Below, in pieces: positions 1-13,620 of a DNA stretch of 64,000 nt. A model generated the notes under the pieces. It saw only the letters and a program-made list of their open reading frames with translations. It did not search any database and was not told the DNA's origin. Each line of letters starts with the position of its first letter. The first letter of the stretch is position 1. Source of the stretch: Octopus vulgaris (taxonomy: Eukaryota); NCBI GenBank assembly GCA_951406725.2, contig OX597836.1:37882001-37946000 (forward strand), given 5' to 3'. The position numbers and the translations under genes were made by a program.

Positions 1-460
1 GCGTAAACTATGGAAAGGTGAGCTACTGAATATGTCTACGAATAGTTAAGTGTCTTTGACTAAAGCAACCTACCAGATAATTAATCCTCAAACTATACCT
101 CCGAGAGGAGTCCGAAGTAGTTGTCAAATAATTTCTACTTCACCAGTCCCAATTTCTGGCTTTCTAATTCCCCAGATTGTAATTCCATCGATTACTATGA
201 GTGGTGCGCAGTTGAGAAAGACAGCAACCGCTCTTCCTGTAACACCAAGGCGCCAAGCTGGAGACCAAGATCAAGGAAGTGTTCGGAAATCTTCACAGGT
301 ACACAGTGAAGAACAAATGCGCCAGGTTCCGGAGCCGTGTTGGAAGCTGTTGGCGGCTGCTTTTAATAAACTGTTATCACCCAGGTACAATCTAGTTGAT
401 CATTTTTATTGGATATTTTTCTTTTTATGCAAAGTATCAAATTTAGTCCGATCACCTCAT
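1..460 (+). mobile_element. 3' remnant of a Tc1/mariner-superfamily transposon (transposase C-terminus and right end)
   Basis: 121-309 reads NFYFTSPNFWLSNSPDCNSIDYYEWCAVEK, the WPxxSPDxNPxD motif holding the third catalytic Asp; colinear with 20130-20551. Confidence 0.8.
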
Positions 461-1670
461 GTGTGGGTGTGTTTGAGGGTGTTTACACATGAAAATGAGT
501 CTAGAGTAGACGTTTGCATATATGTACGATGGTACAATTCTGCAAGTACGTGATTGCAGTGAAAGCAAACTAATGTAGTGCAAAAGTTCTCTCGTTATAA
601 AAAGTTTTATACTGTTCTAGTTACGCTATGAAATCATAAAAGTATAGAACTTTAAATAACTGTTGACTTCAAAGACAAGCAGCGGTGAATTGTTGCACCT
701 TTTGACTGTTATTGCTTAGAAGTAATGGATATCGTATCACCTCGATGCAGGTCAGCTATTAGTTAAATGACCCCGTTAAAAATGTGCTGCTTAACATGTA
801 TTTACTACCGCTGGTGCTTTCAACTGCCACTGCTAACAGTGGTTAAGTATGCCTCTAATATGGATTAGGTGTGTTCTGGGCATGACTTTAAATTGCAGCC
901 GGTAGTAGTATCTTTATTATGATCATGATGAACTTGTATAGAATTTGACAATACTGGACAAACAAAAGACAAAAATGTTACATGAGTTCGAATGATATAA
1001 ATATTAAAAATTTACTTAAAAAGTATTTTATATACCGATTAAAATTTCCTTTTACTAGAACTTTATTTTAAAATAAAACTAAACCAAAGAAAGAAAAACG
1101 AACAAAAAGGTTAAAGGATCGAACCCGGCAGCCTATAAAAGCCCAGCAACGATCTTTTCCTTTCCTCAATGATTAAGCTGGGTTACTAACACCCACCTTT
1201 CTCATCACATCCTTCCATCGTTTCTCGTATTTTTTTCGGTGACAGGGTCCTCCTCTCCAACCCAAATTGCAACCGGTAGTGAGGCCTTAGTTCGGAAGTT
1301 TTGTGTTTTGGAGGTGTATGGAACTATCTCTTATTCACTATTGTTCCTAGGTTGACTCTGACCCGAAATAGTAGCACCTGTCAGGGTCCTAGCTATGGGT
1401 TAATAAGGATATTAGGGCTTGCCTACATATGCATGGGAAGATGAGATCCAGCGGACTCTGCGAAAGAAACCTTCAATGGGGGTGGGAGGAGGTAGCAGCA
1501 GCAACGCATTGTGGAGTGCAGATGGCAAAATGAAACCAGTTTTGCCACTTGATTGAAGATGGTCACGGACAAAAGAATGAGACTGACGGTATGCAACTCT
1601 TCTTCACTCTGACGTACGAACATGTGTTAAAAAAAGCAACATTATTGCCTCCTAATACAACAGCAAGGTC

Positions 1671-2230
1671 AGGCGGTGAGCAGGCAGAATCGTCAGCGCG
1701 CCGTGTTTGATGCTTCGTGTTTTTTCCTCTGTGTGGGTAGAGTGGTTCAGGGTTGAATTTGCTTTGTATAGTTGTTTGGATTTTTGCTGTTCGCAGCGGT
1801 TCTGTTTTTTGAGAAATGGCAAGGAAGAACAAGCATTCTGACATCAGTGAGACGGACCTGTCGACTTCGGAGGCGGAACTGGCGAGAACGGTCAACAGAC
1901 TGGACATGGCGTTAGAAGGAAAAATGAATTACGCAGGAGTAATTAAGCCAACAAGTAAGGAGGTTAACCTTGCTAAGGTACCGGACGGCCAAAAATGGGT
2001 GAAAAATCAACACTTTATGGGAAATAGAGAAATCGGACTCGTTAGTATGTTGGGCAAAATGTTTTGTGGCATTTCGTCCGACTTTGTTTTGCATTCAAAT
2101 TCCATCGACTTTGCATTTCATCCTTTTAAGGTCGGTAAAATAAGTACCAGTTGAGCACTGGAGTCGATGTAATCGACTGATACACTCACCCCGAAACTAC
2201 TGGTCTCCTACCAAAATTTGAAACCAACAC
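1671..2230 (+). mobile_element. SINE-A copy interrupted by a short Tx1-like piece (5'UTR, ORF1 start, degenerate 3' tail)
   Basis: SINE head AGGCGGTGAGCAGGCAGAATCGTCAGCGCGCCG, then T-rich leader and ATG ORF 1816 MARKNKHSDISETD...NYAGVIK, then CTTTATGGGAAATAGAGAAAT, then the SINE resumes at 2036. Confidence 0.55.
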
Positions 2231-2472
2231 AACACCAAAATAGTTGCTGAATACAGCTAACGTAATTCGATACAGATAACGTAGAGCAAGAGTTCATGTC
2301 AGTTACTACTGCCGTCAACGATCAGGTAAATCATTTAAAACTGCGTTACCCTAATCACTGGTTGGTTGAAAAGAATGAATTCAGTTTATCTGTAGTTTAA
2401 ATATGTTGGTGCGAGTCCATTTCAATGGCTCGCCTCACAAATATGGTCGTTACAGTATATACATTATTCATA

Positions 2473-2675
2473 AGGCGGTGAGCTCGCAGAAACGTTAACG
2501 GTATTTCGTCTGTCTTTACGTCCTGAGTTCAAATTCCGCCGAGGTTGACTTTGCCTTTCATACTTTCGAGGTCGATAATTTAAGTACCAGTTGCGTATTG
2601 GGGGGGATCAATCTAATCGACTAGACCCCTCCCCAAAAATTTCGGGCCTTGTGCCTAGAGTAGAAAAGATTATTT
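2473..2675 (+). mobile_element. tRNA-derived SINE family A (representative of more than 30 copies or fragments)
   Basis: Head AGGCGGTGAGCTGGCAGAA, B-box-like GAGTTCAAATTCC, body GTCGACTTTGCCTTTCATCCTTTCGGGGTCGAT, tail GTAGAAAAGATTATT; recurs at 8500-8900, 16570, 26935-28580, 30330-30717, 35160, 41960, 44460, 58000, 62150. Confidence 0.85.
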
Positions 2676-3341
2676 ATATCTACACTACATTTTGACTGGT
2701 TTACTATATCTTCACCATCAATGTTTTATTTCTGGATGTGTATACTTTAATTCTAAAAACGTAGCCAGAGGGTTAGGACAGCACCCACAACCATTGCATG
2801 CCCTCTACGAATGTATACAGCGCTAGAATTGGTACGAACAAGAAGCTTTTATTTTGAAAGTAAGTGTATTAATTTTATCGCTGGCATTTGGATAATCTAC
2901 CAGTACTTGAATGGCTTTTGAACATTTCATTCACCTCCATTGCAATAATAATAAAGCTTTGAGCTGTCTTGTAAAAATTTAGTTATTACTGGAATAATTT
3001 TCAAAATTCCTTTCTTTTAAAGATTATTGCTAAGGACGACATTACACTTAGTTTAGAAATAGAGTTTCCTAGTTCGATTCCAGTCTGTCAATGTGTATAC
3101 ATCCAGGTATAATACATCTGATGACAAGTGGAAATTAATCTGACTATAATGTAATATAAATATTTTTAAAACACTTGCTGAAGAGGAGGCTGAAAATTTA
3201 CAAAATCTTATTTCTTCTCGGATATTTCGACATTATATAGAAAATAGTAGATTTTGTTGAGGATATTGTTTTATATAAAAATTATTATTAGCAAGGGATT
3301 CTAAGGTAATTTTTTTAATGTCAATTAGATGTCGGTATGTA

Positions 3342-3545
3342 CGAGGGGGTTCTAAGTAAAAAGAAAAATGTAGGAGGATCTCTAAATTATGATTTTATTC
3401 AACATATCCCCCCTCTCAAATTTAAATACTTATTGCAGCATTCCTTCACTTTTTCTAAGCCCTATTAAAAAATCTCGAAACGTTGGGACTCCAACAAGAC
3501 CTTTTGTGACACATTTGAAGCTAGGAATTGTTCGGCATCCCCTCG
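3342..3545. mobile_element. Mariner-type MITE
   Basis: TA|CGAGGGG ... CCCCTCG|TA termini with TA target duplication, about 204 bp, no coding capacity. Confidence 0.75.
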
Positions 3546-4167
3546 TACAGTAATGCAGATCATAATTAAAACTGTTTTCTGTTTCAAGTTCCTCGAACGA
3601 TTTTAATTGTATTTGTGATCGAACTAGTTGAACCTAAATCAAATATAACTTTCAGAGATACATACGAAAAGAAAAGTATGATTAATGCATCCAATTATTA
3701 TTATTATACATATTTCCAAGACTATTTTTGTATTTACATTAAGAAAAACAAATACGTTGCAAATATATATTTCAACAGCAACAATTTTTAAAGAATGAAA
3801 TTTTGAAAAATATTTCAGTAATAACTAAACTTTTACAGGACTGCCCAAAGCTTGCATTAATTTTTTAAGCTTCTTCGATGTAAACACTTGATTTTAATCG
3901 GAGTATTTTTTAAGGAAATACAGCCAAAACATTCTTTCCCAGATTTTTCTTCCTCCCATCTTAATGTCTTTCTCCTGCAATGTTCTATAAATATTTCCTG
4001 TTTCAAATAATTTGATACACCTCTTTACAGACTCATTTTCATTTCAGTTTCATAGATGTCAGGCTTTGATTACTGTTTTTTTTTTTATTTCTTTTTGTTT
4101 TGCTTGTTTGGGGTTTTTTTTTTTGTCAATTTAACTAAGTTCATATCCCTGTAATATTATATATATA

Positions 4168-4490
4168 GGCGTTGTTGTGTTCAAAGCAGCTTGCTTCTTG
4201 GGCAAGTGACTTCTATAAACTTGGGCCGACCAAAGCCTTGTGAGTGGATTTGGTAGACGGAAACTGAAAAAAGCCCGTCGTACAACGTGTGTGTGTATGT
4301 CCTTGTGTCTGTTTCCCCACCACCACCGGCTGACAACCGGTGTTGGTGTGTTTGTGTGGCGGTTCGGCAAAAGTAACTGACATAATAAGTACCACTTCTG
4401 AAATAAATGTACTAGGGTCGATTCGTTCGACTAAAAATTCAAACCAGTGCCCCAGCATGGCTGCAATCTAGTAACTGAAACAAGTAAAAA
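4168..4490 (+). mobile_element. SINE family B, diverged copy
   Basis: CTTGGGCAAGTG ... GCCGACCAAAGCCTTGTGAGTGGATTTGGTAGACGGAAACTG ... ACTGAAACAAGTAAAA matches 15781-16190. Confidence 0.8.
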
Positions 4491-4639
4491 CAAAATATAT
4501 GTATGACCCTTTTACATACAGCAGTATTGTCATCCGTTCGAACCCTTTACACATTACAGCTTGCGATGGTTTCATTCACACCAGAAAACAATCTGGTATT
4601 GACATGTAAAGCCATTGTGGAAGTGGTGGGTACAGGATC

Positions 4640-5465
4640 GGTCGGTTGATATTTGCAAACAACTTGGTACAACTTGGTTCATCAGAAGGTAATCTCCAGC
4701 ATGCACCAAACGGGTTCACTGCCGAGGGCTGCAATGATGAGCTGAGAATCGGTGTTGCGAAAACTGAGAATTTGGTCCCCCACAAGAAATTCTTCCCAAT
4801 CCACTCTGCATGTAAGTAGAACATCAATGACACAAATGGAAAAGTTTAAGTATCTCGGAGCATTCACAACTGATAGGAAACAAGAGGCTGGACTGGGTGC
4901 TAGAATTGCCTGAACTGGCACAAATGTACACCAGCTCCAGCATTCGAGCCTCAGAAGATGAAAGATTGGTAAAAGAGAAAAGTCAAACTTACTATCTTCA
5001 ATTCGTGTTTTTTGCCTATCCTTATCTATAGTCATAAATGTTGGGTAATAACTCAAAGTACGATTGCGAATACAAGCGGCCGAAATAGGGTTCCTTCGAA
5101 GGATCTCCAGCATAAAGTTACGCGTTAGGGCGCTCAGCTCAGAGATAAGAGAGTCTCTTCAAGTCGAGCTGCTAATTCTCCGCATTAAGAGGTTACAGCT
5201 CCGATACTACGGATATGTGATCAGAACATCGCAAGAAATAATTCGAAGACGGATTCTTTCCGCTGAGCCAAGTGGCAGGAGACTGAGGAGTAAAACAAAA
5301 ACAAGATGGTTTGATTAATAACTATAATCTCAGATGGTCGCATTTTGGAATCCAGGCAGAAAATGTAACGATGGTTGCTTCTGAGAAGACTCTCAAGAGG
5401 AGATGCTTGAGAACTCTACCTCTCAGGATCTTCCCAGGAATAGTGCGTGGAGAAGATGGACGGGT
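4640..5465 (+). mobile_element. RTE-clade LINE, decayed 3' part
   Basis: QMEKFKYLG near 4835; RIQAAEIGFLRRIS...SEIRESLQVE...LQLRYYGYVIR...SGRRLRSKTKTRWFD is the typical RTE ORF C-terminus; multiple stops and frameshifts. Confidence 0.85.
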
Positions 5466-6146
5466 GGAATTTCAGAGTAAGATGAAATTTTCTTCTATCT
5501 GCTTGAATGATGAGGAATGGATCATGCACCTTGCATGTTTGGTTAACGATTTTGAGAAAGCCATATGCGAGGAAGTAAAATATATATAATGTCTTATTTA
5601 TATATATTTAACATATTTGCTTGAGTGATCTTCTTAAATTAACATCTATTTTGGCCTACTTTGGTTTAATTATTGGTTGAAATTCAACCCACTACATCAC
5701 CACTGCTTCTTCCACGGCTTCGCCGTTGCTTTTTCGCTACTTCACAACTGCTTCACTATTTTCTCCTTTGCATTGTCACTGCCTTCCACGGTTTCCCTGC
5801 TGCTCCTTTCAATACTCTATCTACCATTACTTTACAACTACCTGATCGTTACTTCGCCATTGTTTAACCATATTTCACCACTACGTCGTTATTGCTTAAT
5901 ACTACTTCATCCCTATTTAAACATTATTGTATTAGGCCTCACTTTACGACACATTTCTGATGTTCCTTATACAATCTCCGCATATATATCAAACTGCCTA
6001 AAAATTTCTATATACCGTTGGGTTAAGTTATTGGTTATTTCACTAACATCTGCCTTTCCTATTGTATGTATATATACACTTAAACTTGTGTGTTTTTCTT
6101 AAACTATTGCCCTACATTTCAGCTTTGCTTCTATACTGCAATTTCT

Positions 6147-6544
6147 GGATCTTTTCGGTTTGAACGGCAGTTTTTATTAAATAATTTCCACGTAACTAAA
6201 CACTTTTAAACTTCGTATACTCGTAGAATATGTTTATAAAATATCTTTTTCTCTTGGCTTTATTGAGAAAATTCTATAGTTTGTAAGATATTTGTGGTTG
6301 TTTTTCTTCAATTTCTGCAATTTCAACCAATCAATGACGTTTATTAACAGTCTGTGCCGTATGAATATGTCCCTCGTTTAAGAAACAGATTGGGTTTATT
6401 TACATTTGTGAAAAAAAAAAATACCCTTTCCCCCACCCCTAACCCAGATTGAAATGCAATAGATCGATACTAGGGTCATAATTACGGGTGACACAATTTC
6501 ATATGACACCGCTAGAAAAACTGCCGTTTAAACCGAAAAGATCC
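6147..6544. mobile_element. MITE family M1 (29-bp TIR GGATCTTTTCGGTTTGAACGGCAGTTTTT), Merlin-like
   Basis: TIRs at both ends; flanks CAATTTCT / TAATTTCT (8-bp TSD with one mismatch). Confidence 0.9.
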
Positions 6545-8924
6545 TAATTTCTTATACGTTATATCTTTACTTTTGTTTACATCGTGTCATTACTGTGTCA
6601 CTTTATTTTCACTCCATTTATCTATGCTTCATCACCCTAAAACGGACAAATTTCCTGTGCCAACATGAAAAGTTTTTTTGTTTTTGAATTTTTCCTATTA
6701 TCTCTTCAATTCTTTAGAAGTTGATATCCCTCTCCATTTTGTGCTGTTACATGAAGTAACGTATAAACAAATGTCAAACGCTTAGGCTGCAGAATGGATT
6801 TCTACACTCAAGTTTGTTTTTCTTCTTTAAAGCATAAAGGAATTGTCTATCAAATATTTTTACTCGGTTCCGTTTTTCCATGTTACATTCGCTTGTGCAA
6901 GCTTTTTACTTTCCTTTGTTGAAATTAATTATATTTATTCAGTATTTCTTCCCTTTCTCTATTGTGTTTGTCCTAGAGGAACATTTGTCGCACAAATGGA
7001 TTATGAGCACTCAGCATATAGGATAATAGTGATTATATGTAGCTTTTTGAAAATCTTAATAGAAAATATTGGATTACATGGGTGTTACCTATTTTAGATG
7101 AAATATATTTAAAGAAAATTTCCATCGACTTTCTCATTAGTCAATAATGTAATGAAAAGTATGTTTCCAATGTTATTTAGATTCTAAATAGTGATATGGA
7201 ACTAATTAAAATTCATACACACATATGTACTAAAAGTACGGCAGAAAATCAGAACAAATATTATTTTAATAGAGTAGAAAATACTTCGAGTTGAGAAATT
7301 CAGTTGGAAATGTTGATAAAATTCCTTTTCTAAACTCAAGGAATTTTTTCCTTCAATGTTATCTCTGAACATTAGGATCACTCTTGATAGCAACCGAGAT
7401 ATAAATATAATAAAAATGTTTGTTATATCACTATTCATCTTTCATACTGAATTAATAGTTTTTGATAATTTCTTCCATTGTTTATATTAATTAATGTGTC
7501 TTATATAATTTTACCATCTCCGGTCTTCCATCACAGCTATAGAAAACACAACCACCAAATAAATATAGTGTAGCGTCCAAAGAAACAGGAAGGAACAACG
7601 TCTAATAAAACTTACTCTCTATTAATCTGTAATAGTCACCAGGATATCGAATATCCCCAGCGCCATTTCCCCGAAGAACATTTTTCCCTCCACAGTATCA
7701 GGAAACCATTCTGAAACTTGAAGCTTTTATAGTCGCAACATTTCATTTCTCACAGAATTGGCACTGCTGCTTTCCTTAACTTTCTCGTCTCTTTCCTTTC
7801 TTCTCTTCATTAATGTTTATCTCACTAAATATTTGCTCCAAATAATGTATTAAGATTTGTTATTGTAATTATTATAGAATCACAGTATGTTGTTACGCTC
7901 TTTTGTTATTTACTGAATATAATATTTTATAAGCCTCTCAGATATTTCGAAGTATTGTATGATTATGAAGTATGATGTAAGTTATACGCTGGTATAATAT
8001 CAAAAATTGTTTCATAGATGTAACGATAAAGAATTTTTTTTTAAATAGCAGTTATTTGGAAATGTATTTTAAAATGGCATACCATGAAGGTCATTTCCAA
8101 CCAGATCTTGACAAACATATCTAAAATATTAGCACTGTGAACGTGACGTTCGCTCTAGCAAAGTAAGCTAGCTATAGAGATTTTCCTGTCTGGGCTAATA
8201 TTTCTTAATAGAAGCTCTGTTGTTGAATGAAATGACTACGTTTGCAAAAATGTACCTTCGTCAACATATTTGAAGGAGGCGAAATATTTTAGACTGTTTT
8301 CCCTAACAATGACAGCTCAAAGTAATAATGCTTGCATACAGCCTTTTCACTGGAAAATAAATAATAGGCAACTCAAATTTATTACAGCTACAGTATCAAG
8401 TTAAATGAGAATAGCCAAAAGCAATTACAAAACGAAATTTAAAAAAAAAAAACACTCTCAAATTTGTTTGGAGAAATCATTATTACACGATTCTTAGCAC
8501 GCCGGACTAAATGCTTAACGATATTTCGTCCGTCTTCACGTTTTGCGTTCAAATTCTGCTGAGGTCGAATTTACCTTTCATCGTTTCGGGGTCGATGAAA
8601 TAAGTACTAGTTGAGGAATGGGGTCGATGTAATCGCCTTACCCCCACCCCGAACTTGCTGGCCTTGTCCCAAAATTTGAAATTATTATTATTATTATCAT
8701 AAAGGCGGCGTGCTGGCAAAATCGTTAGCACAACGGACAAGAAGCTTAGTGGCATTTCGTCCGTCTTTATTTACGTTCTGGGTTCAAATTCCGCCGAAGT
8801 CCACATTACTTTTCATCGTTTCGGAGACTGTAAAACAAGTATCAGTCGAGTACTGGAGTCGATGTAATCGACTATGCCCCTTCCCCAAATTTCAGGACTT
8901 GAGTAGAAAGGATGGATTTTTTCA

Positions 8925-9185
8925 CTTTGACTGGCAGATTTTTTTAAATAATTTCTTTGTAACTAAACACTTTTAAACTTCGTATACTGGTAGTGTGTTA
9001 CATTAAACATATTTTTCTCTTGGCTTTTTTGAGAAAATTCTGTAGTTTGTAAGCTATTTGTTGTTTAATTTCTTGCATTTCGGCAATTTCAACCAATCAA
9101 TGACGTCTATTGAGGTGAATACAATATCTACCGTATTTTGTCAACAACATTTTCTGGCGGTGTCATATGAATTTGTCACTGTTAT
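8925..9185. mobile_element. MITE M1 partial, diverged copy
   Basis: GTAACTAAACACTTTTAAACTTCGTATACTGGTAG and CAACCAATCAATGACGTCTATTGAGG shared with 6147-6544. Confidence 0.8.
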
Positions 9186-10549
9186 TTATGTATTTGTGTA
9201 ATTGACTTAACTCTCCTCCGAAATCCGATAGTGCGTGTCTTTTTTAAGTATTCTTCCTTTTTTTTGTGCATAATGCTCACTGTTTTTACTATTTCTCAAG
9301 GCATTCAGCAACTGAAATCTTAATGGGTAAGCCTATAGGTGACTCTTGGTTTGGACTGCCCACAGCAACAAAATGGGGATTCCACATTATGACCCCCATT
9401 TCAGTTTTTTGTTTCTAAAGAAATAATTAGAAGATATTAAAACAATAATTTCTAACTTAAGGGCGAGTACATATATTTTGTGCGAAAAAACAGTCGATTA
9501 TATCGACCCAACTACTTAAAGTTTTCGAATGGAGGAAAGGGGAAATCAAGTGCGACGAAATTTGAATTCAGGAAGTCTAGAACTATATGTAAACAGTGCA
9601 AGACATTCGTATGGCACTAACTCTGCTAATCCACAGTTCTCATATAGAATAAAATAGTCCTTTCTAATTCTGGCACAAGGCCGGCAATTTTGAGGGTTGT
9701 GGGGAAGCCAATAACATCGGCTCCAGTGCTCAAGTAGTTCATATTTTATCGATCTCGAAAGAATGAAAAGCAAAGTCAACCTCGGCAGCGTTTGAACACA
9801 ACACTTAAAGAATTAAGTAATAATTTTTCAAAGATTTTGTTCAATATTAATTTTTTAGAAAAACTGTCAATTAAAACAATAGGGCGTTAACTTTTGTTCA
9901 TAATTCTGCAAATAATTAATTTGAATGAAGAATTTTTTATTCAAAGTATGTACAATATATTCTTGAATATCATTTACGTTCAGACTTGCAAAAAGTTTCG
10001 CGATTGATTTTTTGATGATATATATTTACTGCACTTCCGTGCTGTATTGTGCATCGACCAGTCATTGAACACTTCCAGTAGCTTATCACATTTTCTTCAG
10101 AGAAAAGATTGCTAGCACTTTACCCAGCCAATTTCAAGAGAAAGGGCATTCTATGGGTGGTCTCACATGGACAGCCCTTCTCACGGCGTGACCTAACTAA
10201 ATCAGAGACTGAAAGAGAGGGCGGAGAGAGAGGGGAGGGGGAGAAGAGTAGGAGGTGGAAGTGATTTTCAATATTTGAATGCTATTTTACTTATCAATAC
10301 CGGAAGGATAAAAGACAAATTTGGCTTCAGTGAGAGAACCGTGACAAATATTGGTTTCAAATTTTGGCTCAAGGCCAGCAAGTTCGGGTGAGTGTGTAAG
10401 TCGATTGCATTAGCCCCAGTACTCAGCCAGTAATTATTTTAGCAACACTGAAAGGATGAAGGGCAAAGTCGACCCCGGTGATATTTCAACTCAAAACGTG
10501 AAGACGGACGAAATGCCGCTAAGCATTTTACTCGGCGTGCAAACGATTC

Positions 10550-11097
10550 TTATTTCTTTATTGCCCACAAGGGGCTAAACATAGAGTGGACAAACAAAGA
10601 CAGACAAACGGATAAAGTCGATTACATCGACCCCAGTGCGTAACTGGTACTTATTTAATCGGCCCCGAAAGGATGAAAGGCAAAGTCGACCTCGGCGGAA
10701 TTTGAACTCCGAACGTAGCAGCAGACGAAATACCTATTTCTTTACTACCCACAAGGGCTAAACACAGAGAGGACCGACAAACGGATTAAGTCGATTACAT
10801 CGACCCCAGTGCGTAACTGGTACTTATTTAATCGGCCCCGAAAGGATGAAAGGCAAAGTCGACCTCGGCGGAATTTGAACTCAGAACGTAGCAGCAGACG
10901 AAATACCTATTTCTTTACTACCCACAAGGAGCTAAACACAGAGAGGACAGACAAACGGATTAAGTCGATTACATCGACCCCAGTGCATAACTGGTACTTA
11001 AATTTATCGACTCCGAGAGGATAAAAGGCAAAGTCGACCTCGGCGGAATTTGAAATCCGAACGTAACGGCAGACGAAATACTGCTAAATATTTCGCC
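10550..11097 (-). mobile_element. Trimeric SINE with a LINE-type tail, inserted into a SINE-A head
   Basis: Three ~180-bp units of SINE-A body plus tail TTTAGCCCCTTGTGGG(C/T)A(A/G)TAAAGAAATA; flanked by identical CGGCGTGCAAACGATTC at 10533-10549 and 11098-11114. Confidence 0.85.
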
Positions 11098-11479
11098 CGG
11101 CGTGCAAACGATTCTGCCAACTCAATGCCCCTAAACCGTGACACATATTGCAAATTATTCTATCTGGTGCTCGACCACTTCGCCGCCCACTTACAAATGT
11201 AGGCGGAATTAATTAGAAGTCTTCACAAAATACAAATGTCATCTGTAAAGTGGGTAAATAGTAAACTTTTTTAAAATTCCTAATTAATACTAAAACGTAT
11301 GAAGAGTTTCATAGGGCTTTATTGACATAGGTTTTTGAATTAGTTATTAGCTAAACTATTTGAACAGTGGTGGAAGCATTCGATGGCGTGCTGATTAAAC
11401 CAAACACTCTTCTTGTAGCTGGTATATATTTAAAAATAATTAAACGATGACAAGATACAGCAGTGCACAGACACGCATA

Positions 11480-11759
11480 TACACTCTCTTTCCCACTCTC
11501 TCTCTCTCTCAATCTCTCTCTCTCTCTCGCACATGTATACCTACACATATTTACACATGTTCCCACGTGTATATTGCAAAGGCGTTCTTGCCAATATGTC
11601 GTATGTTTATAAACATATTTACACTCTCTTTCCCACTCTCTCTCTCTCAATCTCTCTCTCTCTCTCGCACATGTATACCTACACATATTTACACATGTTC
11701 CCACGTGTATATTGCAAAGGCGTTCTTGTCAATATGTCGTATGTTTATAAACATATTTA
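11480..11759. repeat. Two-copy tandem duplication of about 140 bp
   Basis: ACACTCTCTTTCCCACTCTC...CATATTT repeated almost perfectly. Confidence 0.95.
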
Positions 11760-12159
11760 AAGTCAATTCATTTGCTCATTTATACACGAATGTAATAATA
11801 TGCATATGTGGATAAACATATACATTAAGGGACCCCAAGCTGGCAATATACGAAGATTTAGTGTGAAACCGGTCATTAGGGAATTTGGGGGTTTCTCACG
11901 GTTGAATACGTTCTCCGCATGTCATCCCTTACCAATATGATTTGCAGGACTAAAATAGTTCTAAGCAATGCATCAGGAAGAAGTCATGAAGATAAAATTC
12001 ATTTTGTTTTTAGTATAAATGGGCGAGTGTTTAAGAAGTTCGCTTCTTAAACCCTCGCCTAAGCGGCACTACAGCGTACACATGTTCTCATCGACCTAAG
12101 TTTTGTGAATGGAACTAGGAAGACAGCCGCAGTACTGAAGCCTGATATCTAAGTAGACA

Positions 12160-12545
<386 letters not shown>

Positions 12546-12708
12546 TGACGTATATTTGCCATTTGAATATGGCTAATCCCTAAGGGTGGATGCTACTGTA
12601 GTTTGTAGCCCCAGGAGGACACCTCCTCCAGCTGGCTATAGACACACTTTCTGTGCCCTATCAGTATTTGTAAAGGGAAGCCATCCTTCCCGTCTTCAAC
12701 TTATGATA

Positions 12709-12753
12709 CACACGGACTCGAGTTTCAGGGTATTGACCCGTTATCGGCGTGTG
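12709..12753 (-). ncRNA. Degenerate minimal type I hammerhead ribozyme motif
   Basis: Minus strand CACACG-CCGATAA-CGGG TCAATA CCCT-GAAAC-TCGA-GTC-CGTGTG: 6-bp stem I, palindromic stem III, GUC site, mutated core. Confidence 0.65.
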
Positions 12754-12849
12754 ACAATCATAGTTGTCGATGAGAAGTCGGTTCCCTTCACAAATACATA
12801 TACTTTTTCCAGTATCGATTGACACTGATATTGAAAAAATATATATATC

Positions 12850-13020
12850 TTGTTTCAGTCATTTGACTGCGGTCATGCTGGGGTACGGCCTTGAAGGGTT
12901 GTTTTTAGCCGAATAAATTAACCCCATGACTTCTTTTTAAGCCAAGTACTTATTCTATATTACGGGGACGTAAACACACCAACACCGGTTGTTAAGCGGT
13001 GGTAGGGAACACACAGATTT

Positions 13021-13051
<31 letters not shown>

Positions 13052-13170
13052 CACACACACAGGATTCTTTCAGTTTCCCTCTACCAAAGGTTCCACGCAG
13101 TGAGTCTGAACCCGAAACCATGTGGTTAGGAAGCAAGCTCTTACCACACAGCCACTCTCCAGCGCCTATT
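12850..13170 (-). mobile_element. SINE family B
   Basis: Reverse complement of the 15781-16190 family with an internal deletion. Confidence 0.85.
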
Positions 13171-13620
13171 TGCAGTGGCGGACTGGCCAGGTTGCCAGCT
13201 TGCCTGATGGAAAGTGGGCCCCTGCACCATTAGAATCCATATATGGGGGCCCATACCATCAAGTTTGAGAATTTTTTATTCACTCCTGGAAGAATGCATT
13301 GTTTCAGCCTGGCTGTGTTTGTAGACAGTTGAAAAGAATAATTTTAACAAAAAACAAAATATAAAAAATGAGAGCATTGTAAGTTGCGGGTGTCCCCCCC
13401 CCTTTCTAGTCGCAATTACCTATATATATATTGGCGCGGGGTGTATAAATATGCGTTTGTGTCTGTATATTTTATTTTTGTTTTACTTGGACTTTAACTA
13501 TGCCTGGGCATCTCATTCAAGTGTTTAGCCCAGCAAACTGACTCCAGTACTTATTTTTAAGTCTGGTACTTATTTTATCGGTCACTTTTTGTCGAACTGG
13601 TACGTTGAGGGGATGTAAAC

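Noticed and set aside
3110-3150. Hammerhead at CTGATGA...GAAA
   Set aside because: Stem II has only 2 bp and stem I is unconvincing
5673-6102. 141-aa hydrophobic ORF
   Set aside because: Low-complexity C/T-rich sequence, non-ATG start, no motif
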